A stretch of DNA of 64,000 bases, from NCBI RefSeq assembly GCF_009914755.1, contig NC_060940.1. One strand, written 5' to 3'. The notes under the pieces are model-generated. The model searched no databases. It was not told the origin of the DNA and saw nothing but the letters and a program-made list of their open reading frames with translations. The translations under genes were made by a program, and so were the position numbers. This DNA comes from the human T2T-CHM13v2.0 reference genome, Homo sapiens. Positions 1 to 18,446 of the stretch are shown here, in pieces. Position 1 is the first letter of the stretch. Each line of letters starts with the position of its first letter.

Positions 1-2346
<2,346 letters not shown>

Positions 2347-2539
2347 GAGGGATATTTAAGATAAAACAGTCTGAACGCTTGTGAATGAACTATGTAAGTC
2401 ATAATAACATTAATAAAATAAATTTTTAAAGGAGTTGTGTAATTTAGTTGTCTATAACTAAAAATAAATCATGATAATCTTTCTAGAGATGGGTCTTTAA
2501 TATTTTTAAAAATGCAGTAGTACAAAACTAATTGGTTAA

Positions 2540-2875
<336 letters not shown>

Positions 2876-4191
2876 TGACTTATTTTTAATGCAAGAAGTT
2901 TTTAAATTTTTAATTGTTTCTTTAACATTCTTCAGGTTGATATCTTAAAAGTGCTACTCTTTCTCTGTTGAAAAGGCTTTGAAGGACGGCTCTTTCCTTC
3001 ACCTTTTGTTGGCTCCTGTAACTTTTACTAGTTATATAAAGTAAGGGAGAAAAATTGTTTTTGAAAACAGGCAAGTGAAGTAACTTTTGAGCATGTCTTT
3101 TATTCTGCATGCCTGTTATATCTCTATATTTATATGTGTCATGTGGAAGTGATATTTCACTTCCAAACTACATGAAAGAGTTCTAATCAACTAACTTTAA
3201 AAAATGTTAAGTGCCTGTCAGATTGGCAAAAACTAGCTCAGATGCCCTTTTAATTTACATAACCTTGATAATCTGTGGTAAAAATTTAATTTGGTAAATT
3301 TAATCTCAAAATTCTCCAGTAATTTAAAAATCTTAAAGTCATGATTTAACCCTCGGGTTTTGCACCCCACCCCACCGAGTGGAAATTTGGGTGACTAAAA
3401 AGTTAAAATAATAGAAGCACAAAATATGCAGCATTTGTTAACATTTTATAAACACAAAGATGTCAATTCTCAAAAAATGTAAATTTCTTTTTGGTTAAGA
3501 AACATTTAAGAGTTGCTTTATAATGAAGGATAGTAACTCTCCTAACTGTCAAACTATGAATGTTATTTATCTTTCCTTGTTTACTTCAAGGAAGCCAATA
3601 TGATGGTACTCTGAAGACCATATGAAACTCATTTGACATCCCGCTGGGCCTGGATCTGTTTCACTGCAAATGCTCTGCTGCCAAAACTATACAAGTTGCT
3701 CCCTCTGGGCCCAGGAACTATCACGGAAGAGGTGGGCATGTAAGATTGTAAGGGCCAGCTTTGAGGGATAAAATTAGAACAAGACCAAACCCTCCAAATC
3801 AAGAAGAGGTTACAAAAAAAAAAAAAATGCCTAAACAGCTGGTAAAACAAGTTTAGTTGTCTTCTAAACTATTATGTGTCACTTTTGCATACATCCCAAC
3901 CACAAACATTTTCTGCTTCCTATAAAATTAAAAAATATATATATTTACTAATAGGATAAAGTACCTTGTAACAAACCCTCCTGGGTATAATACTGCCAGT
4001 TATAAGTTGTGAAGATAAATATGTCTATACATATATACATATTTTAAATTATTTTTCAGAACAATGCTTATATTTTGAGTAGCTAATTGCTGTAAGTATG
4101 TAACAGAAACTAAGCTTACAGTAACTCAACACATAAAAGTTAAAAAGAAGCCAGTCTTGTAACTTTGCCTTTTGGTTCTATTGTTGGGTTT

Positions 4192-5385
<1,194 letters not shown>

Positions 5386-6315
5386 ACTTAAAATCATTTC
5401 TAGAAGTAATCAATGCCTGTCCACATCCATTCCTATCTGGCCTAGAACAATTAATTGGCTATAAGTCTTTTGACTTTTAAGGTCTTCAGCCATGGGCAGT
5501 CCTGCCAAGGAAAAAATGACGGTGCAGAATTATGACTTCTCCTGTGACAAAACCTTTTCTCTCCCAAATACCAGTATATGGTGCAATACAAAAGTGGTGG
5601 GAAGAATAGATTCGTCTATATTAACAAGGCTATAAGAATTTAGATATTGAGGAACAGGTGTTTCTTGCATTTAATTTACACCCTCCTCAGGATGCTATAC
5701 CTATGGAGACAAATTGGCCGGAAAAGAGATTAAATTTATTAAATTCCAATTTAATGTTGGTCCCGTAATTTCCAAATAAGATTTATCAGAGGGTTGAAAT
5801 AACCCTTAATAAGTAAGGTAACCACATTGTGAGTCTGATCAAAGAATATGATGATGTATGCAGTGTTTATTCTGGCTGAAATATTCTTTCTGCTCTCTGA
5901 TGCCACCTATAACCTTGGATACCCAAATCTTCACTATCTTTATGATAGACATTTTCTTGTAAATGTTATGCCAGATACAGCAAAAGGGAAAGGCACAATT
6001 AAAGACTCAGATCATGATAACTCAGAACATAGATCTGATCTGGGATTTTTTTGTAAAAGACTAAACCCTAAGCCTGACTCCATCTCACCCCTTAAACTCC
6101 AGGTCTTCCCCCCATTATCCAAAACGCTAGTGTTTAAAACTATTACCATCAAATCAGAGGACTCTAGGAACAAGCTTTCCTAGCACTGTGGGACCCTGCC
6201 AGATGGCCAAATCAGACAACTCTAGGAATGAGTCTTCCTAGTGCCATGGGACCTGCTGCTGTTTGTTGGCCTACATGTGCATTCTATGGAATGCTTTTTG
6301 GCCAAGAGCGGGGAC

Positions 6316-7073
6316 TGAGGACTGAGCTCTGATTTTTACAATCTTGCCCAAATTCCTATCTAAGGTGCCTGGGGAGTCATACCTTACAAACCATAAATTC
6401 TCATCAGATGGGTTTTATTTAACCCTGTATATTGTGACTTAACTTTCCAATCTGACTCTGGCATAACATTACGAGACAAGGAAGAAAATCAAAATATTGT
6501 ACCCCAAAACATGTTTCTCCGCCATATCTTGAAATTGCCCTGCAAAGTCTCTTGTGGGAAAAGTCCACATTCTATAGAGAATCCACTTTCCCCTTCATTT
6601 TCCTTCCTTCCTTTCCATATCCAGGAGATAATCAACTAAGAACCAGGCACCCCTTTTAAGTCCGATAAGACACATTTTACAACCTTTCTCTCTGAAGTCT
6701 GCTATCTGAGAGTTTCCTCTGCACAATAAAACTTGGTTTCCACAATCCTTTCTCTTAACCTGAACATTTCCTTTGATCCCAGGTCTTCAGATAAACTAAT
6801 CATCAATGACAAAATGTTTAAATTTACCTATAACCTGAAAGACCCCGCTTTGCATTGTCCTGCCTTTCTGAACCAAACCAATGTGTTTCTTAAATGTATT
6901 TGATTGATGTCTCACGCCTCCCTAAAATATATAAAACCAAGATGCATCCTGACCACCTTGGGCACATGTTCTCAGGACCTCCTGAGGGCTGTGTCATGGG
7001 TCATGGTCACTCATATTTAGCTCAGAATAAATCTCTAAAAATATTTTCCAGAGTTTCACTTTTTTCATCAACA
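6316..7073 (+). mobile_element. MER4-family LTR (3' LTR of the upstream element)
   Basis: TG...CA termini (TGAGGACT...TCAACA), preceded by PPT, AATAAA at 7026; homologous to the reverse copy at 39055-40115. Confidence 0.8.
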
Positions 7074-7759
7074 GTAGTAGTTTCCTATGTACAGCATGTG
7101 ATATAAAGTCTCTTGTCCCTTTTTCCCATGAAATTTTCCCAAAGAATACAAAAACAATCACAAAATAATAATTAGATTCCCTGAAGAAAATGGAGAAAAG
7201 TGATGGAAGTTTGAAAGCCAGCTGGATGCATCTAGCATGAGGCTCAGCCCAGCCAGCTCTTGGTGATGAGGAAAGTGGCACCATCTAGACCACTTTTCCA
7301 CCTCACTACCCTCTCCTGATACAGACAGGGTCAAGAGTGAGGATAGGAGGGTTGTGTTCACTGAGGATCTCTTCCTCATTCTTTTGAAGCTAAACCAAAG
7401 TACATAAAGTGGGCAGAGTCTCAGATGGAATCATTAGTTATGCCATGATAAGATGTGTGCCAAGTTTGGACCAAGGCCATCATGTGAGGAATGTTCCAAA
7501 ACTTGGCTGTCATATGAGCTTTGAAATACAGATGGAAACAGAATACAGCCAGACTGAAGCTTCATGAGTAAAATCAAATTATAATTCAGAGTTAGCTCTG
7601 TAAGGGCAATCATTAAACTCTGATATTTTAACTTTTATGTCTAAAACATATTAGCTCTGATTTTTGAACTAGCCATTTCAATTTCAGAGTCCCTAAAAGA
7701 TACATAAATATCCATAAGTTTCAAAGAGTGTGTTTTGGTTTAGCTTAAAATTAATTCTC

Positions 7760-8497
7760 AAACATAGGAAGATGCAAAAATAAAGTTGTATTAAGATAAC
7801 ACCACACACCCACCAGCCTGGCAAAAATTAATAAGTCTGACAATACCAAATGTTGGCAGGAACATGGAACAATGGAAATTCTCCTGCCCTGCTTATATAA
7901 AGAAGCATAAATTGGTTTGGAAGATAGTATGGTATTGTGTTGTATCAGTGTGACCCGCAATTCCTCTCCTTGAAAAACTCTACAGAAATGCATGCTTGTA
8001 CACACCAGGGTGCATGTCCTAGGATTCTATGTAGCATTAAACATCAATAGCCTCAAAGCGAAAACTACAGAAATGTCCATTAATGGTAGGACTGGTATAA
8101 GAAATTGTGGTATTTTCATAAAATAGGATGCTGCACACAATTAAGATAAACTACAGCAATATGCAACAACAGGGACACATCTTAGAAACACAATTATTAT
8201 ATAATAATGTAGCATTACCTGTTTAAAATTCGAACACATGTAAAATAAAATTTTGGTTAGGGATAGTTCCTTAGGAGGTAAATTATAAAGGCAAGTAAGG
8301 AATTAACAACATAAAGGTCAAGATAGTTGTTTCCTTTAAGGGAGATGGAAGTCTCTGAGGTACTGGCAATGTTATGTTTTTTTGACTTGGTGAGTGGGTT
8401 ACACAGATATTTTAATTTCAATAATTTATTAATCTGTAAATTTCTGTCTTATGCATTTTCTGTACAATTGTTATTTTACAACTGAAATGTTTAAAAA
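7760..8497 (+). mobile_element. Old L1M 3' end fragment
   Basis: Degenerate L1 ORF2 end/3'UTR motifs (aagtctgacaataccaaatgttggc). Confidence 0.65.
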
Positions 8498-8709
8498 GGA
8501 ATCAACCCACAATCATGCAAGGCTCACTGAGTTTCCTTTGGATCTCTGGATTTGCTTTAACTAATTAACTTTTGATCATCATCGCCACCAACACTTAACA
8601 CACAAACACACACACACTCCTCAAAGAACCAGAAGAAAAACAGACCATGATGTATCAGATTCCTTAAAATCTTACCCAAAGATGTTGTTACAAGCCACTT
8701 CTACCATAC

Positions 8710-8789
8710 CTGGTGAAATCCTGCTGCAGAATCATTCGATATATAGATGATACCCCCCAAAAGTGGTTAATGGGGTATTTCAACAATGT
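8710..8789 (-). CDS. ACSM1: ACSM1 coding exon (80 nt; TLLKYPINHFWGVSSIYRMILQQDFT), last exon in window
   Basis: CAG acceptor with pyrimidine tract, AG|GTATGG donor, phase 0 matching the previous exon. Confidence 0.93.
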
Positions 8790-9885
8790 CTGGAAAGGGA
8801 AGAGAGAAGAAATTTTATTTTTACAGTTAAGGTTAAACTAACAGCCAATTATTAGCAGTCTAGTTCTGACCTTCCCACTAGAAGAGCCCATTTGTTAATT
8901 TCTTAATCCTTTAAATACACACATACTGAGCATGGATTTCATACATGGTATGCATCAGGTACTGTTGGGGAAATACAAAAACGCAGATAACGTTCCAACT
9001 CCTATGGTGAGTAGCCACTAATAGGATAAAACAGGACTCGAATGATAAGGCAGAAGTGGGTAGATGTCATAAGAAATACTTGAAGTACAAAAGTTCTGTA
9101 GGAACACAGGAGAGGGAAATACTCTTTCTAGTTGTGTGTCCCAGGGGCTTGATGGAAGAGGTGGTATTTAGTCAGGACATTAGCAAATAGATATGGTGTC
9201 TACAGGCAGGGAGAGTGGGAGTCTCTTGGAGATAGATGAAATAACAAGAAATAGGGTCTCAGGAGCTAAAGAAACATTTCAGTCAAGTCAAATAATATGA
9301 TTTATTTAGACCCACTAGAGAGGAGCAAGAATTAAATTTAGGAAGATAAGGTAAGTTGGAGCCAGGTTATTTAGACTCTAAAATGTTTGGTACTCATGAT
9401 TAATTGGCTGGATGTGTTTTCTTTCCGAGTTTCAGATCAGGGTGGAGATACACTAAGAGAGTGAAGAACAGTAAAGAGAAGAGAAAGTGGGTTTGGGTAT
9501 CTTAATTTAAATCCTGTTACTTAATTTGTCTGTAATTCAATTTCCTTATCTGTAAAATGGGAACGTCCATATATTCCATTTAGAATCATGATGAAATATA
9601 ATTGTCATTTGTGGACAAATCTAGCTCTACTTCCAGTCCCTCCCTTCATAAAGACCCAATCAGCTTTCAATCTCTAGCCTCTATCTCTTTAATATCTCAC
9701 ATTTATATATGCTTTTAAAATTTTTGTCCTACTCTCACCCCTGGCCCACTGCCCCTACCCCAACAGGTGTCTTTACATGTCTGTGAAAGTCTCAGGCCCA
9801 CTCCAGCAATGTCTGTGTCAGTAACCTCACCCCAGGCACAGTGAGTTGGATTGCTGACTTGGTGACAGACAATTGCCTTAGGCTG

Positions 9886-10456
9886 TGTTGGTAGAAGAGC
9901 TGAGGCAGGACTGGCTTCTCTGTCATGATGTAAAAGAGTCTTGGAACATGTCCTGGGTCCAGGGCCTAAACCCCCTTGTGGCCTTTGGGACACCAATCTC
10001 TGTGCCAAAGGGTGGAAGGCTGCCCTGCCGCACCATAATCTAAGCCCAGGGCATAAAACCCCTTGTGGCCTCTGGAATGTGCACAGACTTGTTGGCTACT
10101 CTCCCAGGCTCATAAATATGTTCTCCATTATCTCAGGTAGCAGAGCATATTACATATGCATCAAAGAAAATGCTAAACCGTCACAGTTATGCTTGATGCA
10201 CTGCTACTTTTCTACCCCCATGTCCTCCCATCCTCACCTCTTTACCCCCACATCCGCATGTCCTCACCACCTGCTTCTTTGTTTGATCACCAATAAATAG
10301 TGTGGGCTCCCAGAGCTTGGGGTCTTCACAGCCTCCATACCAGTGTTGGTCCCCTGGACCCACCTTATGCACTCTTAACTTGTCTTTTCTGATTCCTTTG
10401 ACTCCGCCGGACTTTGTAGCCTCCACGGCCTTGTGTTGGGTCTGATCACCCCAACA
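9886..10456 (+). mobile_element. ERVK-class LTR, most like LTR22 (HML-5)
   Basis: TGTTGG...CCAACA terminal inverted repeat, AATAAA near 10292; homologous to 63191-63796; no clean TSD. Confidence 0.7.
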
Positions 10457-11093
10457 TTCTGGACCACTCACTCAGCCTCTAGTTGACCTGGACTGGTTAT
10501 CTGGGAAGGGGGAATGTCGCCCTGAAATGCTGTGATTGCTATGTTTGACTATGTGCATGTGAAGTAGCAAAAGTGTTTCTACAAACAGAAACAAGGAAGC
10601 ACATCTATAGAGAAAAGCAGAGGAGACACTGAAGCTGCCTTAATTGCTGGTATCTTTCTACTTTCTGTTTTAGATCTTTATCAAGCTCATATTGCTCTTC
10701 TCCTACAGAATAATGAGCTATTCTAGTTCCCCCTTCCGTGTATTTCTTTTTCCACTAAGCTACGTTGAAGTAGGCTTCTGTTACTGGCAGCCAAGGGAGC
10801 TCTGCTTAGTAGGTAAGAATTAGACATCATAGGTGTCTAAGGCCTTTCCCAGAAATTGGCACTTAGTAGGTGTTCATCAAATGTGGGCTCTGGCTATTAT
10901 CATGTAAGTTGTAATCTATGACTACTCCTGGTGCTTTGCAGCTTTCAGTAGGGGTGTGGAACGGAGATCAGCAGACTCTTGCAACAGATTTGGCAAGGAC
11001 TAAGTTGACAGGGGTGGGTAGAGAGGAAATAGAAGGAATGTTTTGTTTTACTAAATTGAATAGTATTTATTTATTTATTTATTTATTTATTTT

Positions 11094-14000
11094 TGGTCTA
11101 AATGCCCCCTTTAAAAGGCAGAGTGGGAAGATGGATACAAAGAAAATACCCAACTGTCTTCTGTCTTCATGAGACCCATCTCACAAGTAATGATGCCCAC
11201 AGGCTCTAAGCAAAGAAATGGAGAAATATCTGCCACACAAATGAAAAACAGAAAAGAGCAGGAGTCCTTATTCTTATATCAGATAAAAACAGACTTTAAA
11301 CCAGCAATGATTAGGAAGGACAAAGGAGGGCATTATATAATGATAAATGGTTCAGTTCGACAAGAAGACTTAACCGTCCTGAATATATGCACACCAAATG
11401 TTGGAACACCTAGATTTATAAGGTGAGTTCTTCTTGACCTATAAAAAGATTTTGCCAAACAAAAATAGTGGGGGACTTCAACAACACACTGAAAATGTTA
11501 GACACATGATTGAGACAGAAAACTAACAAAGAAATTATGGACTTAAACTCAACATTTGACCAATTGGACCTAATAGACATCCACAGAATAATTTACCTAA
11601 CAACCACAGAATATACATTCTTCTTGTTCCCACGTGGAACATATTCTAAAATTGACCACAGGTTCAGTCATAAAGCAAGTCTCAATAAATTCAAAAAATC
11701 AAAATCTTACCAAAGTACATTGTTAGACCACAGTGCAAGAAAAACAGAAATCAATGTCAACAAGATCACTGAAAACCATATAAAAACATGGAAATTAAAC
11801 AATTTTCTCCTGAATAACTCTTGGGTGAACAAGAAGTCAAAAAAGTTTCTGAAATTAATGAAAATGAAAATAGAGATACCATCTACCAAAATCGTTGAGA
11901 TGCACCTGAAGCAATGTTAGAGGAAAGTTTATAGCACTAAATGCCTTCATTAAGAAGTTAGAAAGATCGCTAATTAAGAATCTAATATCACTTCTAGAGG
12001 AACTAGGAAAAAAAAGAACAACCAACAAACACCAAAGCTATCAGAAGAAAATAAATAATTAAAATTAAAGAACTGAATGAAATTAAGATGCAAAAGTTTA
12101 TACAAAATATCAATGAAACTGAGAGCTTGTTTTTCAAAAGAATAAACAATATTGATAGACTGCTAGCTAGATTAACAAAGAAAAAAATGAGAAGATCAAA
12201 ATAAGCCCAATCGGAAATGACATAGATGACACTATAAATGGTCCCACAGAAATATAAAAGATTCTCAGAGACTATTATGAACACACTGATGCACCTGAAT
12301 TAGAAAATCTACAGGAAATGGATAAATTCTTGGGAACACACAGCCTCTCAACATTGAACCAGAAAGAAAGTGAAAACCTGAACAGACAAATTACAAGTTC
12401 TGAAATTGAATCAGTAATTACTAATCCCAAAAAGCCCTGGACAAGATAGAATCACAGCTGAATTCTAACAGATATACAAAGAACTGGTACCAATCCCTCT
12501 GTAACTAATCCAAAAGATTAAGGAGAAGGGACTCCTTTCTAACCATTCTATGAAGCCAGAATGCTTTTGGCACCAAAATATGGCAGAGATACAATGACAA
12601 AAGAAAACTCCAGGCCAATATCCCTGATAAACGTAGATGCAAAAATTCTCAACAAAATACTAGTAAACTGAGTCCTGCAGCACATCAAAAAGTTAATTCA
12701 CCATGATCAAGTAGGCTTTATTCCTGGGATGCAAGGTTGGGTCAACATATGCAGATCAATAAACAGGATTCACCTCTTAAACAGAATAAAAAAGAAAAGC
12801 CATATGATCCTCTTAGTAGGTGCAGAAAAAGCTTTCAAAAAATCCAATCTCTCTTCATGATAAAGCCCCTCAAGAAATGAGGCATTGAAAGAACATACCT
12901 CTAAATAATAGCCATCTATGACAAGCCCACAGCCAGCATCACACTGACCAGGCAAAAGCTGGAACCATTTCCCATGCGAATTGGAAAAAGTGTAGGATGC
13001 CCACTCTCACCACTCCTATTCAACATAGAATTGGAAGTCCTACCCAAAGCAATCAAGCAAGAGAAAGAAATAAAAGATATTCAAATAGAAAAAAAGTCAA
13101 ACTATCTCTTTTTGCTGACAATATATGATTATATACATTAAAAAACCCTAAAAACTCTACCAAAGGGTTCCTGGAACGGATAAACAACTTCAGTAAAGTT
13201 CCAGGATATAAAATCAGTGTACAAAAATTAGCATTTCCATACACCAACAATGTTCTAGCTGACAGTCAAATCAAGAACACAATCTGATTTACAACTACCA
13301 CTAAAAATGAAATACCTAAGAATACATCTAACCAAGGAGGTGAAAGATGGCTACAAAGAAAACTACAAAACACTGCTGAAAGAAATCAGAGATGACACAA
13401 ATAAATGGAAAAAGATTCCATGCTCATATATTGGAAGAATCAATATTGTTAACATGACCATATTGCCTAAAGCAATTTATAGATTCAATGCTATGCCTAT
13501 TAAAATACCAATGTCATTTTTCACAGAATCAGAAAAAACGACTTTAAAACTCATATAGTACCAAAAAGGGCTTGAATACTGAAAAGAACAAAGCTAGAGG
13601 CATCACGTTGCCCAACTTCAAACTATGTCATAAGGCTACAGTAACCAAAACAGCATGGTACTGGTACAAAAACAGACAAATACACCAGTGAAACACAATA
13701 GAGAAGTCACAGCTATAGCCATATGGTCTTCAACAAAGTGAACAAAAATAAGCAATGGAGAAAGGACTTCCTATTCCATAAATGGTGCTGGGAAAACTGG
13801 CTAGCCATATGTAGCAGAATAAACCTGGGCTCCTACCTTTCGCCATATACAAAAATTAACTCAAGATGGAGTAAGGATTTAAATATAAAACATTACACTG
13901 TAAATATCCTAGAAGAAAATCTAGGAAATACTCTTCTGGATATTAGCTATGGCAAAGAATTTATGGCTAAGTCCCCAAAACCAATTGCATCAAAACCAAA

Positions 14001-15088
14001 AATTAACAAGTGGGACCCAATTAAACTAAAGAGCTTCAGCACAGCAAAAGAAATTATCAAGAGAGTAAACAGCTTACAGAGTGGGAGAAAATATTTTCAA
14101 ACTATGCATCTGACAACATCCAGAATCAAATATCCAGATTCTACAAAGAATTTAAGTTATTTGTAGACTCTTATATGTGATGTCTAATTAGAACTAATAT
14201 CAGAATCTACAAAGAACACAAATCAACAAGTAAAACCCAAATAATCCAATTAAAAAATGGGCAAAGTACATAAACAGACACTTCTCAAAAGAAGACATGC
14301 AAGCATCCAACAAACATATGAAAAAATGCTCAATGTCATTAATCAGAGAAATGCAAATTAAAACCACAGTGAGATACCATCTCACACCTATCAGAATGGT
14401 GATTATTAAAAGGTCAAAAACAAATGCTGGTGAGGCTTTGGAAAAAATGGAATGCTTATATACTATTGATAGAAATGCAAATTAGTTTAGCCACTGTGGA
14501 AAGCAATTTGAAAATTCCTCAACAAACTTAGAACTACCGTTTGACCCAGCAATCCCATTACTGGGTATATATCCAAAGGAAAATAAATGGTTCTACCAAG
14601 AAGACACAGAGGCTCATATGTTATTGGCAGTGCTATTCACAATAGCAAAGACATCAAATTGACCTAGGTGCCCATCAATGGTGGACTGGTATAAAGAAAA
14701 TGTGCTACATATACACCATGCAATACTACACAGCCATAAAGAAGAATGAAATCATGTCTTTGGCAGCAACATGGATGAAGCTGGAGGCTGTTATCCTAAG
14801 TAAATTTATGCAGGAGTAAAAAACCAAACATCATTTTTTTCTCACTTATAAGTGGGAACTAAACATTGAATACACATGGACATAAAGTTGGAAACAATAG
14901 ATGCTGGGGATAACAATAGACACTATGAGAAGGGAGAGACAGGGAGGGGGTCGTGGGCTGAAAAACTTATTGGGTACTATATGCACTAGCTGGGTCATGA
15001 GAATATTCTTACTCCAAACCTCAGAATCATGCAATATACTCATGTAACGAATCTGCACATGCACCCTCTGAATCAAAAATTTAAAAGA
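11094..15088 (+). mobile_element. Older L1PA/L1PB, 5'-truncated, degenerate ORF2 (endonuclease to C-terminus) plus 3'UTR
   Basis: ORF fragments 11169-11426, 11510-11920, 13307-13558, 13723-14166 resemble L1 ORF2; many frameshifts. Confidence 0.93.
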
Positions 15089-16352
15089 CTTTTTGTTTTA
15101 GTCTTCAATAAGATGGACTAATACAATATCTAAATTAAAAATTATTATGAATAATTCATAAAAATAGTAAGTGGGAAATAGTAATGCAAATGCTTTTTTG
15201 GTAAATTTGTAGAATTTTAAACTTTAAGCATTTACTAAGGCTTAAAATACATAAAGACCTTTTGGGACACTCTCTATAGCAGCGGAAGAATTAGGCATGA
15301 GGATGGGAAGGGTGGTCAGTCTTGTTTGTGGTGCTTTAAGTCTCAGGTGCAGAATGTGGTACAGAAAATAATGATGGTGACACAGGAGGAGGCATTGATA
15401 TAGAGGTAGGTAATGAGATATGGGAAGTGCAGTTTGATGTTCTGGAGGAATGATCAGATGGGCTTTACCAACTAGCAGGTTGGAAATGTTTTGCTAGCCT
15501 GGGAGAATCAGCTTGGACCGAGAAGACTAGACCCTAGGTACAGTCCTGACAGCCACCTGCATTGATGTGCTTGCTGAGAAAAATGGAGGTGAAGGAAATT
15601 GCTTAGAAAGAAGAACAGTAAGGGCAGACCACTGGAGCACTGCAGTATTCAGGAGCAGGCTAGGTGAAGCAGAGGTGGCTGCAGCAAATGGAGGATGTTC
15701 TTTGGTGAAGTTTGGTATTAAGGTGGAAAAGATGGGTTGACCCAGTGTGTAGCAGGTTCAAAGGAAGGCATTTTAGGATAAGTACACTGAATATGTTTAC
15801 GGACTGAGGGTGTAAAACTAGCGAAAAGTGAGAGACTGAAAATACAGGAGAAAATGCATAGTAGATTAAAGATTAATAAAGAAATGCTGTTTATCCAAGG
15901 CCAGGAGACAGAACTCTGCAGTGGTTGTGCAGAGCGGGTGGATTTTGAGAGGTGGAGGGCAAGGTCTGCCTCTGAGAGGGAAAGCAAGGGTGTGAGTGGA
16001 GACATAAAGAAAATGTTGGGGTGAAGGGACATAGACAGAAAGAATTCATGCAGGTGACTTGAATTGTCATCATGATGTACTCATCATAACAATAGCAGCA
16101 GCAGCTCCCACAGATAGAGTGTTTTCTATGTGCTAATGTCAGGGTTAAGTACTTTACACATATCGCCTCTATCATCTCATTAATATTACCTAAGACTTTA
16201 TGAGGTAGTAATTATTAAAAGACCTATTTTGCAGATAAGGAAACTGATGCTCAGAGTGGTATGTAACCTGCTAGTTAATTTCAAAGGTGGGATAAGAAGC
16301 TAGATCTGTCATATTCCAAGGGCTGTTTTTAAACATTTTATCATATTGAGTA

Positions 16353-16357
<5 letters not shown>

Positions 16358-16399
<42 letters not shown>
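16358..16399. repeat. (AC)n microsatellite
   Basis: Direct read. Confidence 0.98.
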
Positions 16400-16401
<2 letters not shown>

Positions 16402-16742
16402 CAGCTGCTTGGCCCTGGCAGCATCAGGGTCCAGGATCTGGGAGACTTGGACTTGTGCTTGCTTTAATTTTTCAAAATGCACATCCTGGGTCCCAAGTCT
16501 ACAAAGACTGATCTACAGGTCTGAAGGATCGCCCAGTAATACACATTTTCTTCAAGGTCACATTTTGATGTGACTCAGGTATAGTGACTCAGACTCAGTG
16601 CATCACACTTTGAGAAGCCCAGGCTCAGGATCATCTTAGGCTCATGGGCTTCTTTGCTTAATAAAATATTTTTTTAGCAAGGTCCAGGAAACATGGATTT
16701 TTTTCTGGAATTTTGCTGATAGGGGAAGGTGAGTCTTCTTAC

Positions 16743-16902
16743 CTGTATGATGACCTTGGTGTCAAACTGTGGCAGATGGTGGATAAAGACTGTACAACCC
16801 GCTGTCCATGGTTCTACCAGGGTCCAAATGGTAGCCACAATCCATCCTGAGTCCGACAGGCACCAGGAGACATCAGATGTCTTCAGGCTCCGTAATTTCC
16901 TA
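16743..16902 (-). CDS. ACSM1: ACSM1 coding exon (160 nt; [21 protein letters not shown]...DTKVIIQ)
   Basis: TAG acceptor, CAG|GTAAGA donor, phase 2 to 0; SDxGW motif of medium-chain acyl-CoA synthetases. Confidence 0.95.
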
Positions 16903-17079
16903 CTAACTCCAAAATGCAGTGGCCTCAGCTGTGTGATCATGGCTGATGTGATGAAGGGCTGTGCACTCTGGTTTTTAGCTACGAACCCACCTTTCTCACT
17001 CTCAGTTCATGTGATTTGTGTGGGGCTCCATACCACCCTCAGGCCAGGTCTCAAAGGTGTACTGCCAAATATTTCCCAA

Positions 17080-17760
17080 TTACGTACAACTGAAACTGGT
17101 TCAATCATGCTACCTCTCTTGAACTGATTCTCCTCCAGTGTTCTCTGTAACCAGACATGTCATCCCTATCCATGAAACTGTCCAAGCCCCAAACTTTGGC
17201 ATCAACCTTGACCTCCTCCCATCTCCCATGTTTAACCAGCAGATCTGGTCCACTCTATTTCCTGAAATCTCAACTGTGTTAATTTCCATCATATGTCTAG
17301 TACCTGATCCATGCCACTACTAGCTTGCACCTGGATTAGACTAGGAGCCTTTAACTGGTCTTCCCTAACTCTATTCTAATTTTCTCCAATCCATCCTGCA
17401 TCCTGCAGCCATGATGATCTTATCAAAATACAAATTTGATCAGATCTCCTCCTCCCTAAAAAACTTTCAATATCTCCCCGTTGTTTTCCTAATAAAGTCC
17501 AAAATCTACTACAAGGTCTGCAAATCCCTGCACGGTCTGAGTCCTGCTCACTTTTCCAATTGTTCCCATTGGTCCTTCACCCTACACCCTGAGCACCAGA
17601 TATTCCCAAGTCTCTGTAGTTCTATGAATACTACTTTTTATATCTTTGTGTCTTTGCACATATTATTCCACCTGCACAGAAGCTCTCCCTTCTCTCACCT
17701 CCATTCCTCCCTGGGTTTTGCTACTCAACTGTCATCATTAGTGTAAATACCCACTGCCCC
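17080..17760 (+). mobile_element. L2 fragment
   Basis: Degenerate L2 3' motifs (aaccttgacctcctccc, ttttcctaataaagtccaaa). Confidence 0.6.
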
Positions 17761-18355
17761 TCTTCGGGTTAATACAAAAAGACATCTGTGCTCCATATTC
17801 TGTTTAATATGTTAATACATTAAAAAATATAAAGAATTTGGTCCATTCTGAATATTACTAGTTGGAGATGAGAAGGCGTAGAGAAGGAGAGGTTTGGTTT
17901 GCAGGTGATTAAATAATTAACCCAAGGATAGAGCTTTGCCCTCTTAGAGGTGATGGCTTGGCATAGCTTGGTTCCAGATATTTTCTTCCCTAGAAGTGAA
18001 TAATTGAGGAACCCTAAGTCTGATTTGCCCATAATAGGGGAGAGGTGAGGCTCTGTCATCTCAGGTCACCCTGCTAGAATATTCTGTCTTTCCCTACAAA
18101 ATTATGGAACCACTGTCAGGCTTGTCATGTGTGTGGCATCTGGAATGTCTACTGTCTCTACCCACATTTCCTCCACATCTCCTATGAAGATGCTCTGGTA
18201 AAACCTAAATGTGCCTCCTTTGTCACTCTCAGGCCTCTGTCAGCAAACATTTAGGATTCCCAGCCTTCACCTCTCAGACCCTGAGAGGTCTGAACAAAAG
18301 AGAGTGGAAGGGAAAAGGAGTATGTAGTCACTTCTACTTCCAGTTCCTTTCCCAA

Positions 18356-18356
<1 letters not shown>

Positions 18357-18395
<39 letters not shown>
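18357..18395. repeat. (AC)n microsatellite about 50 nt into the intron
   Basis: Direct read. Confidence 0.98.
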
Positions 18396-18399
<4 letters not shown>

Positions 18400-18446
18400 T
18401 TGCCCACATCTGGGTCCAGCCTCTATGTCGGTGCCCTCTTTCCTAC

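Noticed and set aside
11041-15100. TTTTGTTTTA on both sides of the L1 as a TSD
   Set aside because: Low complexity and not adjacent to the left junction; likely chance.
16729-17127. 132-aa plus-strand ORF overlapping an ACSM1 exon
   Set aside because: Antisense shadow with no recognisable domain.
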